A DNA stretch of 64,000 bases. Source: Octopus vulgaris (lineage: Eukaryota). The notes under the pieces are model-generated. The model was not told where the DNA came from. It saw only the letters and a program-made list of their open reading frames with translations, and ran no database searches. This document shows positions 1-14,300 of the stretch, in pieces (within the stretch, counting starts at the first letter, position 1; the number at the start of each line of letters is the position of its first letter). The DNA lies in the NCBI GenBank assembly GCA_951406725.2, contig OX597824.1, positions 45,074,001 to 45,138,000 of the forward strand. Direction: 5' to 3'. A program made the translations under genes and the position numbers.

Positions 1-1853
1 CTTCATAAAATTAACTTTATGCTATCATAGAATGAAGTCTTATCTATATCACAGAATAACATTAAATTTCTTTTTATAGTCATTTTTTTTCCTTTTATTC
101 TAGTTGACTCTTTCTCCACTCTCTTTTTCTCTAGCTCTTCCCTCTTTCTCTTCCACTTTTTGATTTTTTTTTTTAACAGTTTTAAGATTTTAAACTTGGG
201 CAACATTTTATGTATGTCTTGCATGTGTGTGAACATTAATTTTTAAGTAGTTTCAATATGCATTTTAAAATTTGACTGCCACTGAATATGTTAAAAAAGA
301 TCAATGAAATGACCTTAGCTGAACTGATTACGCACTTCCTTCTGTTATGAATCAAATGTTTTGCTTTGGGTTAAAATTTTCCATTGCTATTTCTCTTGAA
401 TTTCAACTTAAAATTACAAATAATCGTTGTTAATACTTTCTTATGAAGAAGTGTAAAAAGGAAATTGTAATATTGATGTTTCGTATATATTTAACTTTTC
501 AAATATTCAAATGAAAAATAGTTAATGGACTGTTGACAGAAAAAAAAGCAACTGTCATATATTTACCTCCTATGTAATATTGATAATGGTTTCTAATTTT
601 GGCACAAGGCCAGCAATTTTGAGGAGAGAGTATTAGTCCCATTGATCCTGGGAGGATGAAGGACAAACTCAGAATGTAAAGAGCTGGAACAAATATTGCA
701 GTCTTGCCCTCATCCATAGCAATAATAATGCTCATAACTAAATACTGAAGCATTTGAGACACTGGAGCAGGACATTCAATGTGAGCCATTGAATCCCTTC
801 AAACCATCCTACCCATGGAAAGCAGACAAAATAATGACGACAATGGTTTTGCCTGAACTCTAACAGTTTTGATAATTCATTGCTCTGTAATCTTTTTAAA
901 AGAAACTGTTTTCCCTTTCCATTGTGGCTTTACAAACGAATGGGTATCCAACTCTATAATACAAATATTACAAATTCATGAAGATGTACAATTCATCAGA
1001 TCAGTGTCCTGAAAAAGATAATAAAAACAAAAAAAACCACAAAAGTAAATGCACACACACACAAGAGTGCGATTTGAATTTGAAACATACTTGAAAATTC
1101 TTAAATGTAAACTGAATAAAAGAGCATCTAGCTGTAGACACTACACCAAAACAAACAGAACTTGGTGTGGTCTTCTGGTTTGCCAGTTCCTGTCAGACTG
1201 TCCCACCCTACCAGCATGGAAAATGGATGTTAAAGGATCATGATGAGATATTCAGGTGGAAGTGTTATTTATTTGGATTTTCACTTCTGCTTTTCAAAAG
1301 CTGTTAGCCATATTTATTTAACAGACAGTTAGTGTGGATTTTTTTTCACTTGGAGTTATTGGGTTTTAATCATATAAAAATTTGGGCGTTTTCTAGTATT
1401 TAATAATGTTAGAGAATGTAGCAGCAACATTATTGTTGAACAATTTCTTGTTGAAACAATCTGCAGTACTAATCACTTTAGAAATAACTCAGTCATTTCT
1501 CTACAAATATTTAACTTCATGTCACAGTAAGAACTCTTCATTTGATTTAATATGAACCAAAATTAATGATTTCAAAATCAGTCATTTGACCATCACTTGT
1601 AATAGCCACAACATAATTATTGTTTTCTACATTACATTGACAGGATTGGAGCAAAAAGGAAATATTAAAAATGTTGACTGTTTAAACTATGGAGTTTACA
1701 AATAATTTTATTTTCAAAATTTTAGGCATTATGGACTTAAGACTGAGTTTTCAGAAATATGTTATTACCTTTGAGTGATTGATTTTGGGAATTTAACAAT
1801 AATTTTTAAATGTTTTTTTTACCATGTTAAATTTTGTTTTTCTTCTTTTACAG

Positions 1854-1923
1854 GAGGTCCTTCAACAAATTTTAATCATGAGACTACCTAACATTCAGTT
1901 AGTTTGTAGAGAACCTGAAAAGG
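1854..1923 (+). CDS. CCDC88A: Girdin/CCDC88 exon (HOOK/CH-like domain): [23 protein letters not shown]
   Basis: Pyrimidine tract ttttgtttttcttcttttacag before 1854; donor gttagt at 1924; 70 nt, phase 0-1. Confidence 0.88.
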
Positions 1924-4900
1924 GTTAGTATTTCTTATTTTTATTCTGCCCCTCCCCCTCTCTCTCTCTTCCTATTTCTCTCTCTTCCTCTCTCCTCCTC
2001 TCCCTCTCTCTTTCTCTCTTCCTCTCTCCTCCTCTCCCTTCCTCTCTCCTCCTCTCCCTTCTCTTCCTCCCCTCCATCTCTCATGTGCAATAGATGCTTT
2101 TATCTTTCTATTTTCTGCTATTCCATACCTTGCCCAATCCAATTAGGAACATGGTTACAAAAGGAGTCTGTGAGACATTAAGATATGTCCCATACAATAT
2201 TATTAATATGAAAAAAATATTGGAAATCAACTTGAATGATTTTATGTTATTTATTCATATATTTTTATCAGTAATGGTTGGGTGTCTTAGAATTCATGAA
2301 ATAATGGCTACATATTTCTTTCGAGGTTGATGACTAAATATTTAGATTATGACTGAATCTGTTCCAGCATATCAAGTCATGCATCTTTTACTATACATGT
2401 CAGACATTTTTTAAGAAGCTGCAACTATGAACCTTGAAGCTAAACATAGCAATATGGAATATTCCCATCTACCATGAACAAATATGAAAAGATATAATGA
2501 TAGGAAAATTTTAATCAAATTACATAAAGAAAAAAAATCAATTTAATTTTTTTATTTGCAAAATAGTCTTTTTTTTTTGTAATTAACTAAGTTTATGAAG
2601 GGAATATTTTTGTTTCATATGAAATATGAATATTGATTTATTTTGAATAGACACAAGGTCATCTTTTGCAGGGAAGGGGCATATACATTGATTCAACACT
2701 GATATGTTATTGGCACTTAGAGAGTAGAGAAGCAAAGCTTATCTTAATATGGCTAGAACTCAGAATAATGAACATAAGAAGAAAGTATCAATAAATAAAG
2801 CAAATAGAAAGCATAGTCCATGGAATCATTGTCTTAAGCATCATCACTATAAATATGCAGAACTGAAATATGGTTATTTGAATACATTTTAGAAGAGTGT
2901 TTTTTTTTCTTCAAGTATTGAAAGCATTACAAGAAATTGTATGAATTTACTTTATTTCGTTCTAAACCATATTATGTTATAAGAATATTTCTACAATAAC
3001 GCTACTATGCCAGTGGATAAAATGATAGATGAAAACAAATTATTGCTATAAAATAAAATTTAAAAAGAAAAATGCAATTTTTTTTTTATCAGCATGGACT
3101 GTTACCTTCATATTTTGTATATTTCTATGCAACATCTCAGTATTCTAAAAGTAGTTCTGTAACCAGCTAAAACAATTACTACAAATTTCTGAGATAGCAA
3201 ATTATATTTTCATATTTATGCTATTTTAATATTTGATATCCTTATGGCAGCTAACTGGTAGAATTGTTAGCATGCTGGGCAAAATGCTTAATAGCATTTC
3301 ATCCATCTTTATGTTCTGAGTTCAAAATCTACTGAGGTCAACTTTGCCTTTCATCCTTTCAGGGTTGATAAAATATGTACCAGTTAAACACTGGAATGGA
3401 TATAATCGACTTATCCTCTCCCCCAAACTTGCTGTCCTTGTATCAAAATTTGAAACCAATATTTGATATCTTTTTACCTGCATTATGGAAATTAGTTTAT
3501 AAATATGTTTTATTGATACTTAATTACAGATTACTCTGTTTGATAATATTTTGAAGATGATAATGTGAGGGAGATTTGGCTGCTATTTCTAACAGAGCAA
3601 GTGAACATATAGAGACTTTATCATTAGCTTATGTTATATTTATATGAAATAAAGAAGTAGTAGTTATCCAGATAAAATGTTTTACAAGATTTTCTATGTT
3701 ATCTCACAAATTCCTTGAAATAGACTTAGCTTTTTATCCTTCCTTGGGAAAATAAATGTCAGTAATATTTGGTTAAGTCATTCTGGTATTATTCTCTTTA
3801 TAAAATTGGATTTGAGAAATACCAACCAAGTAGTACATTTTAATTTATCTCTTGATCTGTATCTAGCTAGCCCAGTTAGCCCTGTAATTTTCTTCCTTCA
3901 CTTGCTTGGTTGCTCTTTTATTATGTAGTTGTTTTTTCTATTATATGAACATATATGCCTTCTCAACTTCATTCTACTTGAATATATAATTCATTTGGAA
4001 TTGTCTTACTCACCACTCCTAAAATGCCATAATTTTAGGGACAGTAGGTGTTAAAAATTTTATAATAACCATGAAATTATTTTTCTTATGCTAGAAACTT
4101 TATTAAATTGAATTTAATGACCAATATTGAATGTATTTTATCATAACAGCAATACTAGAGAGGCTTTGCTGTCAACAAGATTAAAGAATCCTCTCTCCTC
4201 TGTATTGTCTCTATTCATTCATTCACTAGCACCAGAAGTTTCTCATTTCTTTATTGCTCACAAGGGGCTAAACCTAGAGGGGACAAACAAGGACAGACAA
4301 AGGGATTGTCAATTACATCGACCCCAGTGCATAACTGGTACTTAATTTATTGACCCCAAAAGGATGAAAGGCAAAGTCGACCTCAGCAGAATTTGAACTC
4401 AGAACGTAAAGACAGATGAAATACCGTTAAGCGTTTCGCCTGGCGTGATAACATTTCTACCAGTTCACTGCCTTACAGATTATCAGAAGTTTCTCATCCT
4501 TGGCAAGACTAAAGAAATCGACTCTTCCCTGCATTGTTTCATTCATTCATTCATTCCATTCTTTCTCAGAAAAGATCCTAAGTGAGAAAGAGAGAGGAGG
4601 ATAATGTAAGAAAATGTGATGGTTAGCAATAAAGACGGATGATAGTAAGAGAGGTATTAAGAACAGACAGATCTGGTGCACAGGGATGGGAAAGAGTGAT
4701 ATTGGTAATAGTTAAGACATATTGAAAAGAGTGGCAGTGAGTGATGAGAAATTAACAAAGAGAGGGAAAGAGAGAGAGAGACAGAGAGCACTAGATAAAT
4801 TTAATATGAATATAATAACCAAGATATTGCACATCATAGTCTTTATTACCATTGCCATCACTTTTACATATGAAAGAGAGAAGCTTGCACAGCTATTGGC

Positions 4901-5335
4901 ATATGATGCATCCTGATGATGATAGCTGTATAAAGAATGCTCAAAGGAGGTAGAACCTATGGAAGATGGATACTTAGTAAGAGAAGGGATTAAGTTGTCA
5001 AGATGCTGAATCTTATGAAAAAGATGACAAAGTACTGCAGTGAATGGAGATGCACACCACTAGTGAAGACTCACCTTTCTATGCAAGCATGCTGAAGAGA
5101 ATGCTAAAAGTGAGGTAGAAATGAGTACCACCTCCTCACATACTCCCTGCTACCCTTGCTTCTGTGACATTCTCCTGCTTCTCTTCTCTATCAACCTCTT
5201 CTTATTGCCCCTCTATCTTTCTCTCCCTCTCTCTCTCAATTTCATTCATCCTTCCCCATTCTCCTCATATTTACAGTACCATGCTGCTCACATGCACAAA
5301 ATGTTTTTCCTTATTCAAATCTCCCTACACTATCC

Positions 5336-5369
<34 letters not shown>

Positions 5370-8300
5370 CCACAATATCTGTGAAATGGATCTTTTCCTC
5401 CACTCACAGACTTTTATTAGCTTTCACCCACCCCCCTCTCCAAAGTTAGGATTAACAGACATCACCCTTCTCTTACCATTGCCCATCTCTTCAACTCTCC
5501 TTCAATTGCTCTCTTTTTAATCACCAGATCAATAGCTACTTTGCTCTCATCAGACCATAACATTACTGTCTCTTCTTTTACTCTCACTATACTGTCTCTT
5601 CTCTTACTGTTCTCTATTGCCCTTTCTTATCAGTAACTCTACTGCTCCTATCATACTTTTGCTTCTCTCACATCTCACCCTAAATTCAAAATCTGTCATT
5701 ACTCTCTCTTCTATTCTTCTTCATAGTGTAGTGAGGGCTCTTCAATCTTATGAGACAGAAGGTCACTTGGCTAGCATTGGTTCTATGATAAAATACCTTC
5801 AGTATATTCTGTAAAGTAGTTAGCAAAATTAAGCAGACATAGGATTGAGATAATTCTTCAGTCTTGCTGAGGGCATGATAACCTCTCTAGTGTTGCTGTC
5901 TATTCATTCACTTTGGTCTCTGTTCTTCTATCCTAGCATGGATTAGATGTATATACTAATGAGACTTAATTAGCAGCCAGATGCCCTTCCTGCCACTAAC
6001 TCTTAGCTGTTACCCAAGTGAAAGATCTTTTGTCTCCTGTCTTCAGAGAAGATAGAAGTGACAATAGCAACACTATTTGTTTGCATCTTTCATAGAGTAT
6101 GCAAATATATTCAAGCACACATATATAATGGGCTTCTTTAAATTTCTATCTATCAAATCCACTGATAGCTTTGGTAGGCACTTGCCCAAGGTACTATGCA
6201 GTAGGACTGCATTTGAAACCATGTAGTTGAGAAGCAAATTTCTTAACTACACAACCATGTTCGTGCCTATAGTCATGCATACATTTATTAAGAAAATGTA
6301 CCCAGTACTTTCCTTATTGAATGCAATTTTTAATAGTAGATGCAATTTGGTGTTAGAAAGGGCATCCAACTGTAGAATCACACCATAAAGCTGATGCATA
6401 CAAGTAGTAACCTCTCTAAAAGGGTCATAATCCCAAATAAGAATGGACTTGGGTCATCATGACCTGTTCAAACTACACCAGCTTGGAAAATGGATGCAAA
6501 AAGTAATAATGATTGTTTTCTGTTTGCATGGATTGTGCAAGTCTTCTCCTGTACAACTTTTCATCAAATGTTATGGTCCTTTTCATCTTCTCCATTGAAG
6601 TACAACCTCTTATTTTATCTATTTTTTACATACACAAAATTTAATTTTCTATTTAAGACCATTTATTTATATCCCTAACAATAATACAATAAAATGTAGT
6701 ACTATAACAACAAAAAATTTATAGTAACATAATCCCTTGGTTTATATTGTCTGATTCATGGTAGATTTGGTAATTTTGTTGTGTCTAGGGAGAGTCATCA
6801 TGCCAATATGGTTAATACATGCACTGGTTCAATTCCACTCCTTACATGTGTTTATTATATTGGCATAATAACTCTCCCTAGACACAACAAAATTTGTTTC
6901 AACACATGAATTCACATAAAGAATCTTGTAAACCAGATACAAAAACATTTGGTAATGTTTTGCTTACTTATATTTTGATAAATGCAATTTTTTTCTTTTT
7001 TTGGTGCTAATATTTGACACTGAGAAATTACTTTATCTCAGTCTACAAATGGATAACTAGATAAATCATTAACTCTTTAGCTTTTAAACTGGCCATATCC
7101 AACCCAAATATTCTGTTTTATATCCAAACTGGTTAGATCCAGCCTCTTACACCTACCCTAAATTTCATTTTAAAAATAAATAATGACATCATTAAAATCT
7201 CAAAGATTTGAGTTAATGTGTGATTAATTCAAAGCAATGTGAATAAATAAGCATTACATTTGACAGTCACCTGAATGCTAAAGGGTTAAGTTGAACAATA
7301 ATGCTTTACCAAGATGTTTCAGTATGAGTTCAGTCAATTAATTCTACTAATATTTTGTAAATCTGTTCTATTATAATGAATGCATCTTGATTATTATTCA
7401 AAATGGATATTTCAGTTGAAGCTTATGCATATTTATTCATTCTACACTTCAGATGCTAGCTTTGAAGAGTTAAAGAAAGCTCTTTTACTTGTACTTGGTT
7501 GTGCTGTGCAGTGTGAGCGTAAAGAATACTTCATTGAGAAAATAAAAACTTTAGATATTAAAGTACAGCAGGCAATTGTTGAACTTATAAAGGAGGTAAG
7601 TTAAATATTATTTTTAAAAATGTGAAAAATATAATTACAGTAACAAGATGAAACAGTTTTTTTTTCTGTAGTTTATAACAGGGAACATTGGACATTAAAA
7701 TGAATGAGAATGATGATGATTTCAAATATGATTTTAGCTGTGTTCAATATAAATATATATATGTATATTCATACTTGTCTATGCATGTATGTCTGAGTAT
7801 ATACATGTGTGTGTATGTATGTGCACATATATTTGTGTGTGGTGTGTGTATGTGAATAAATGAATGCATATGTGGATTTTTATATCATCATTTAACGTCC
7901 ATTGTTCATGCTGGCATGGGTTGGGTGGTTTGACTGGGTTGACATGCTGGAAGGCTGCACCAGACTCCAGTCTGATTTGGCATGGTTTACTATGGCTGAA
8001 TGCCCTTCATAACACCAACCACTGCAAAAGTATAATGGGTGTTTTTACATGCCACTGGCACGGGTGCCATTTGCATGACACTGGGGTGCATTTACATGCC
8101 ACTGGCATGGGTGCTAGTTTGCATGACACTGGTATCTGCCATGACTGTGATTTTGTTTGGCTTGATGAGTCTTCTCAAGCATGACATAATACCAAAGGTT
8201 TTGGTCATTGCCTCCATGAGGCCCAACACTCAAAAGGAACTCAGCCACTTGCCTCTGTGAGGCCCAATGCTTGAAAGGAATATATATTAATTGATATCTC

Positions 8301-11300
8301 CAGTCTTTCCTAAATTCTACTTATAATGTAAGCCTTAATTTTTTATTTTTTTATTTTAAGTAGATGAGATTTTCATCTATGATGCACATTCCTGCATTCA
8401 TTTTCTTACTGACAAATAACCTAATGCTTATCCTTTAACTCATCATTTGAGAAGATGGTGTTGTATGTCAGAATACTTAACTTCAGTCTCCTTTTTTAAA
8501 GAAAGGAGACTTACAATATCAACAAGATGTGCTATTAGAGTATATAAGTACATATTATATTGCTTAACTGACTTGTTGGGTTTTTAAAACCAAGAAAGCA
8601 AAAATGAATTGAAGTGTGTTTTATATGTTCTAATATATTGGAGATAATGAGAAACAATTACACTGGCTTCAAAGCTTTTTGAGGTCTTAGCATAATGAAA
8701 TTAATCATGCTTGTTAATTCTTTCAAAGTTTAACAAGTGTGACTACTTAATGACAGCTGCTGTACTTCAATCCTTCATTGTAAAAATCTTCTTTCTAATT
8801 AGTGAGACTAATTATGATAAATCGAAATCTAATATTGGCTTTGGTATTTGTGCACCTTTGGGCCTAATGTCATTTTTAAAAGATGAAATAGAAATCAATC
8901 TTTGAAAGTGAATTCATACAAGTATTAGGGAGCTAAAATAGACATTTTATATTGTGTTTAGGTCTCACTGGTGCAAACTAATAAAAATTAAAAGCAATTG
9001 GAAACAATATTTGAAAAGTAATCTTTGAAATGTTAAGAGCCTCTCTAAGCAATAAAAATTCTATTGGTAAAGAGACTTATCACAATGTTCAAAATTTTAG
9101 GGTAACTTATGTAATCACTTATTTTGGATAGGTAACTGATGACACTCAAACTGTACTTCCCACTGGCCCATCTGAGCAACTGGATGTCTATTTGGAAAAA
9201 TCTCTTAATCATTTAAACAAACTCCTCATTGAAAGAGATGAACTTGCTGAAGTAAGTATATGGATTATGTGTTGTAATGTAATTTGCTGAGTTAAGTAGC
9301 AAGTTAGGTATTTGTATCATGACCATTATCCCCAGATACTTGTGTACTAACAATTACCCATTGAACAGCTGTCCTTAGAGGAAAGCTGCTCCTAGATAAA
9401 TTCCCTTTAACATTTGTCCCCTTTGACAATTGCTGCAGTCTACACTACATACACTGCATCTTCAATCTACATTGCGACTGTGTCCTATCACAACTTCACT
9501 CTAGACTGCAACTTCAAACTACCACAGTTTCAACCTACATATATCAGCAGGTAATTGCCCAGTGGGGCAATTATCCAGTGAGCAAGAACAGATGTCCATG
9601 AAGCATATGCTATGTGTATGCAACCAGATTAATTACTGGAGTAGGTATACAATGTATGCAATAATATAGCTGGAAATATTTTGATAATGGCATAATTTAA
9701 ACCCTTTAGTTGGCTTTGTTTCTTTTATAAAGTAAACTGGGTTTTTTTTTCCCTAATAATAAAGACAGTGGGAAACCTTTCTCTGAGATTCAATACATTT
9801 ATTGCGATAGGTTATACATTCTTGACTAATTAGTCACTAATTCAGCAATGTAACTCTTGCAGACTTTTTCAAAAGTTGATGGTAAGAGAACTCTCACTAT
9901 CTAGGCAAACCAACAGCTAAACTTCAACTTGTGTCAAAATATATTCCCTGGTCAGTTGCTACGAAACTCAAGTGCAACCTATATTTATGTACTGCTTCCA
10001 TGTGGTAGATGGTATTTCTGTCATACACACACACACATGCACACACACACTCTCTCTCTCTCTCTTTAACACACACACCCTACAATTCCCCACAAAGGAG
10101 CTATGCAACTAATTGGAAATGATTTATTCACCAGCTCACTACAACCAAAAACCCACAATTACACTTTTTCTTTCTTCTCTCTACTGTTACTGTAACAGTT
10201 TCTCTGTCTCTGAACTAGTGTGCAATGTACCACCTCTGCCCCACTCATCAGCTTGGTTTTGTTTTACCAATCAAACTTTTACTAAATAGTTTCAAATTTT
10301 TCTTATCTAGTACTGTAACACTCTTGAATCTTTTCCCTGCTTACATTTCCTTAATTGACTAATGGGGCTTAAAGTTGATCATCAATTGCAATAACCTTAC
10401 CAGCCTCAAAGAACTTCCAATCATCATGGGCATAATTTTTCCTTCAACTAAATGGAAAAATAAGTGTTATCTCTTCAAATATGTCATTATGGAACTGGTA
10501 ATATGACATAAGTATACAAAAACGATATAAAAGACTGAAATAACATATTAAATCACATTGACATAGAGGATTGGCATTAGGCCACCTCTCTTTGTCCAAC
10601 AGGTATCCCACTTGGTTTTACATTTGACTGATCAAACAGATGGAAGATGTTTTCTGCTGTTAAATACTTAGTCAAACCATATCTTGTGATATCAAGTCTT
10701 GCAAAACCAGTAAACCAATGTTAAACAATATTTTTTTCTATAAAATTGGATTGCTTTACCCTCATGTCAGAAAAGGATTTTCCTTTGATGCTTAACCTGC
10801 CAAACTGCATGTCAATAGCCTATTTTAACTCCACAAAGCATAAATTTCAGTATAGATAAAAAATAAAATTTGGTTATGCTATTTGTATAATGATCATTAT
10901 TTGTATCATTATCTTAGCTCTGGTCAAAGTTGGCATAAAACTAATAAGATTTTATATACAACTCTCTTTATAGTTGTTATATAGTGAAAGAAATTGGCTA
11001 TACAACAAATCCAGTTCAAAAGTTGTCTTAAAACAAATAAATACTTATTTTCTCTTGTTTTATTATGTGGCTCAGCTAGTTCTATATAAATATTTTATTT
11101 TGCTTAGCAGTCACTATATTAAGCCTATTCCTTCACTTTGCCTTGTTCTACTGTTTCATTTTTAATGAGTTACATCTGATATAATTATATGTTCAGCTGT
11201 TTCTTATAAGTCTGTGGTCTGTGCCAGAATATTATGCATACATTGCTCTACATTTACTGATAACATGACACCCTCCTATAGCTTCATCTTTATGATTAGG

Positions 11301-14300
11301 AGCCCTTTTGCATTGTTGCATTACTGTTTTTCTTTTCTCTTTTTTTTACTTCATAATTCAAGCAGATGATAATAGGTCTTAGATTCTGAAGACAAAAGGA
11401 AATGTAAGCTTAAGATTTCTGTAATATAGGGAAATGAATTTAATAAGGTAGTCATATTAATAGAATTGTTGAAATATGAATATAATCTAAAGTGGTTAAC
11501 AGGTGTAGATCTTTAGCTACCAACAACATCTGTGACCAGTAATAATAAAGAAGTGGAATTGAACCAGTGTGTATGTTAATAATATTGGCTAATGACTCTT
11601 CCTAGATATAACAAAGTAATAAGAAGACCATCTTGCTTTTGCAAACCTGCTGAAACATGGAATGTACAAGCAAGATATGGTCTCTGATCCATCCAAGATA
11701 GCAATAACTCCACATAAGAATAGACTCAGACTGATGACCCATCAGGTCATGCTGACCTAGGAAAACAGATATAGACTGGTGTGTTAGTAGTTCCTAATTA
11801 TATGACAATAAGCATAAAGAGATTCTGTGTCTGGTTATGTATTGAGGTATTTTGAGTTATTTTGATGGGCATTTCACATCCTGATAACAAAGACTTCAGA
11901 GTTAACATTAATTTGCTAGGGTTGAACTACACTCTAAGATGTATAAATAAACTTTATTAAAGGAAACAAATGGAATATATTTATTATTTCTTTTTGTTGG
12001 AAGATTACCAAAGATTTTAGATAAAATTGCAAATTACTTCTGTTGATTGTAACTGTTGAATATGCTTTAAATAGTTTCAAGTGAATTTGCAAAAATTGTC
12101 TGGAATGAGATTTGGATGGATTTAAATATTTTAAAAAATCACAATAATTTTGTATATTCAGTTCTTCTGCAAAACTATCAAGATCTCATAGTATTTTTAA
12201 AGAAGTTTTGACTAGAATGGTACACTGTTTTCTTTCTTCTCTAGTTGATCACCTAAAATGTTGGAAGGAGGAGACAGGGGAGGTGTGTGACAACTAAGAT
12301 TTTCCCAAAAGAATTACTAATTCCTTTTTGGTAAATCTTGATATAAAATAATTTAAATGAAGAATCAAAAGTATGTTGCAAACTCAAACAATTGAGGACT
12401 TATTGTAGTTTACTGTCTATTTGTTACTTACTCCTTTTCACCGTTTTATAAATTTGAGTTAAGCACTATTCCCAAGAACTATTTTGTTAGCATAAAAATA
12501 GATAGATATCTTATTTTAAATATTTTGTCAAAACAGATACTTTCATTGTTGAATGCGCTTTCTGACTATAGTAACTCACCTGAGAAGTTTCAGCACTGAT
12601 GTTCAAAAAGCAATTTACCTTACCTAAGGACAAAAGTAATACAAAAAACACTTTAAACACATGGCTTTCATGTTTTTTACACACACACGGCTTTCAATTC
12701 ACTATCTAGGTGTCCGAGACCAGTTGTTATTATGATATTTTCTTAGTCAATTAACCTCGATAAGAACCTGTAGCAGCACAAGCAGTCAGCGCCATATTGA
12801 ATGAGATCTCGTGGCAGCCATTGCCATCTCCAAGACTGGAGCAAGATCTCACCTGCATTCATTTGCAGTGCATGAGATCACAATGAGGCTCGCGATGGAA
12901 AACTATATAAAGGGAAAACCCGATTCAAATCTCTCTTTTTGGCACCACTTCACAGCAGAGCTGGTTGAATACCACCACTGGCTGGTCCTGTGTATATGTT
13001 GTATCTCCCAGCACCTCCAAATGGTGACTCCAGCACCTCCAATATCTGCAAGTGACCCACCGCTCTTGCAGGCTTACAACACTAGCCTCTGCAAGCGACC
13101 TACCAATCTTGCAGACTAACAACATTTTTTTTTTCTTTCCACTACAAGCGACTCACTGCCCTTGCAGGCAAATACTTGGCACTGCTCATGTCTCAGCAGC
13201 CAACATTGCATCTCAAACACTTTGACTCTTGCATCCTGTGATTTCCAGTTTCCTGGATAGTTGTTATCACACTTGCATGTCAGACATTCTGTGTCTCAGA
13301 ACTTTATTTTAACCTTTGCCTTTTCATGTATGTTTTGTGCATATTCTGCAGTTCTGCACACTGCCTCAGCTTTGCACTGGCTGGCACATCCTGCATGCTG
13401 TCTCAGCTTTGCACTGGCTGGCACATCCTGCACACTGCCTCAGCTTTGCATTGGCTGACACAACCACCTGCACATGCACCTTTGATCTCTCTTTTTGGCA
13501 CCACTTCACAGCAGCGCTGGCTGAACACCACCACTGGCTGGTCTTGTCTATATGTTGTATCTCTAGAGGCAATGCGGCCGCACTAACGGAGCTACTACAC
13601 AATGCACACAGCTAAAGATGGTTGCTGAGAGCGGCACACTTCACCTATTCTGTAAAACCTGTAAATAAACCAGTTGTAAATGGCATTTGTACTAGAAGTC
13701 TCCTCTCTTCACCTGCCAGAAGCCTGAATTACATGAAGAACAAAAAGATGATGGAAGAAGACGATATTCTTCCGATATCGTAAACCTTGCCTTCCATTAT
13801 AAAAAACCTTATTATTCTTTAGTTTAGAAATAATTTTTCATTTGAATTTGGATTCACACTGTGTACATATTTAGAAATAAAGCATCTAATGATAATTGCA
13901 GAACAAATCAATCAAAACTTAGTGTTGGTGTAAATACTGTGGAGAAGAAAAATTTATTTTCCTAAAAATGAGTTTAACAATTTAACTTACTTAATTTTTT
14001 TAGGTTTCTTCAATTTGATTCTAAAACTTACAGAATATGACATTAAGTTCATGTGGTACAACTTGAATTATGTTGTAACAAAGCAGTAGATTAATGTTAC
14101 ATTATAGTTTTTATGTAATATGTGATGGCTTCACTGAAAAACAATCCCATATAGTTTTCTTTCTCATTAAAAATGTCTGTGTTAGATGAATTACTACAAG
14201 GGTTTTGTTTATCCTTTTGAAAGTTTATATAAATCTGCCTGGATTCTGAGTTACAAAACAATGTATTTGAAGTTGAAAATGAAAATAAGATTTAACTTGA

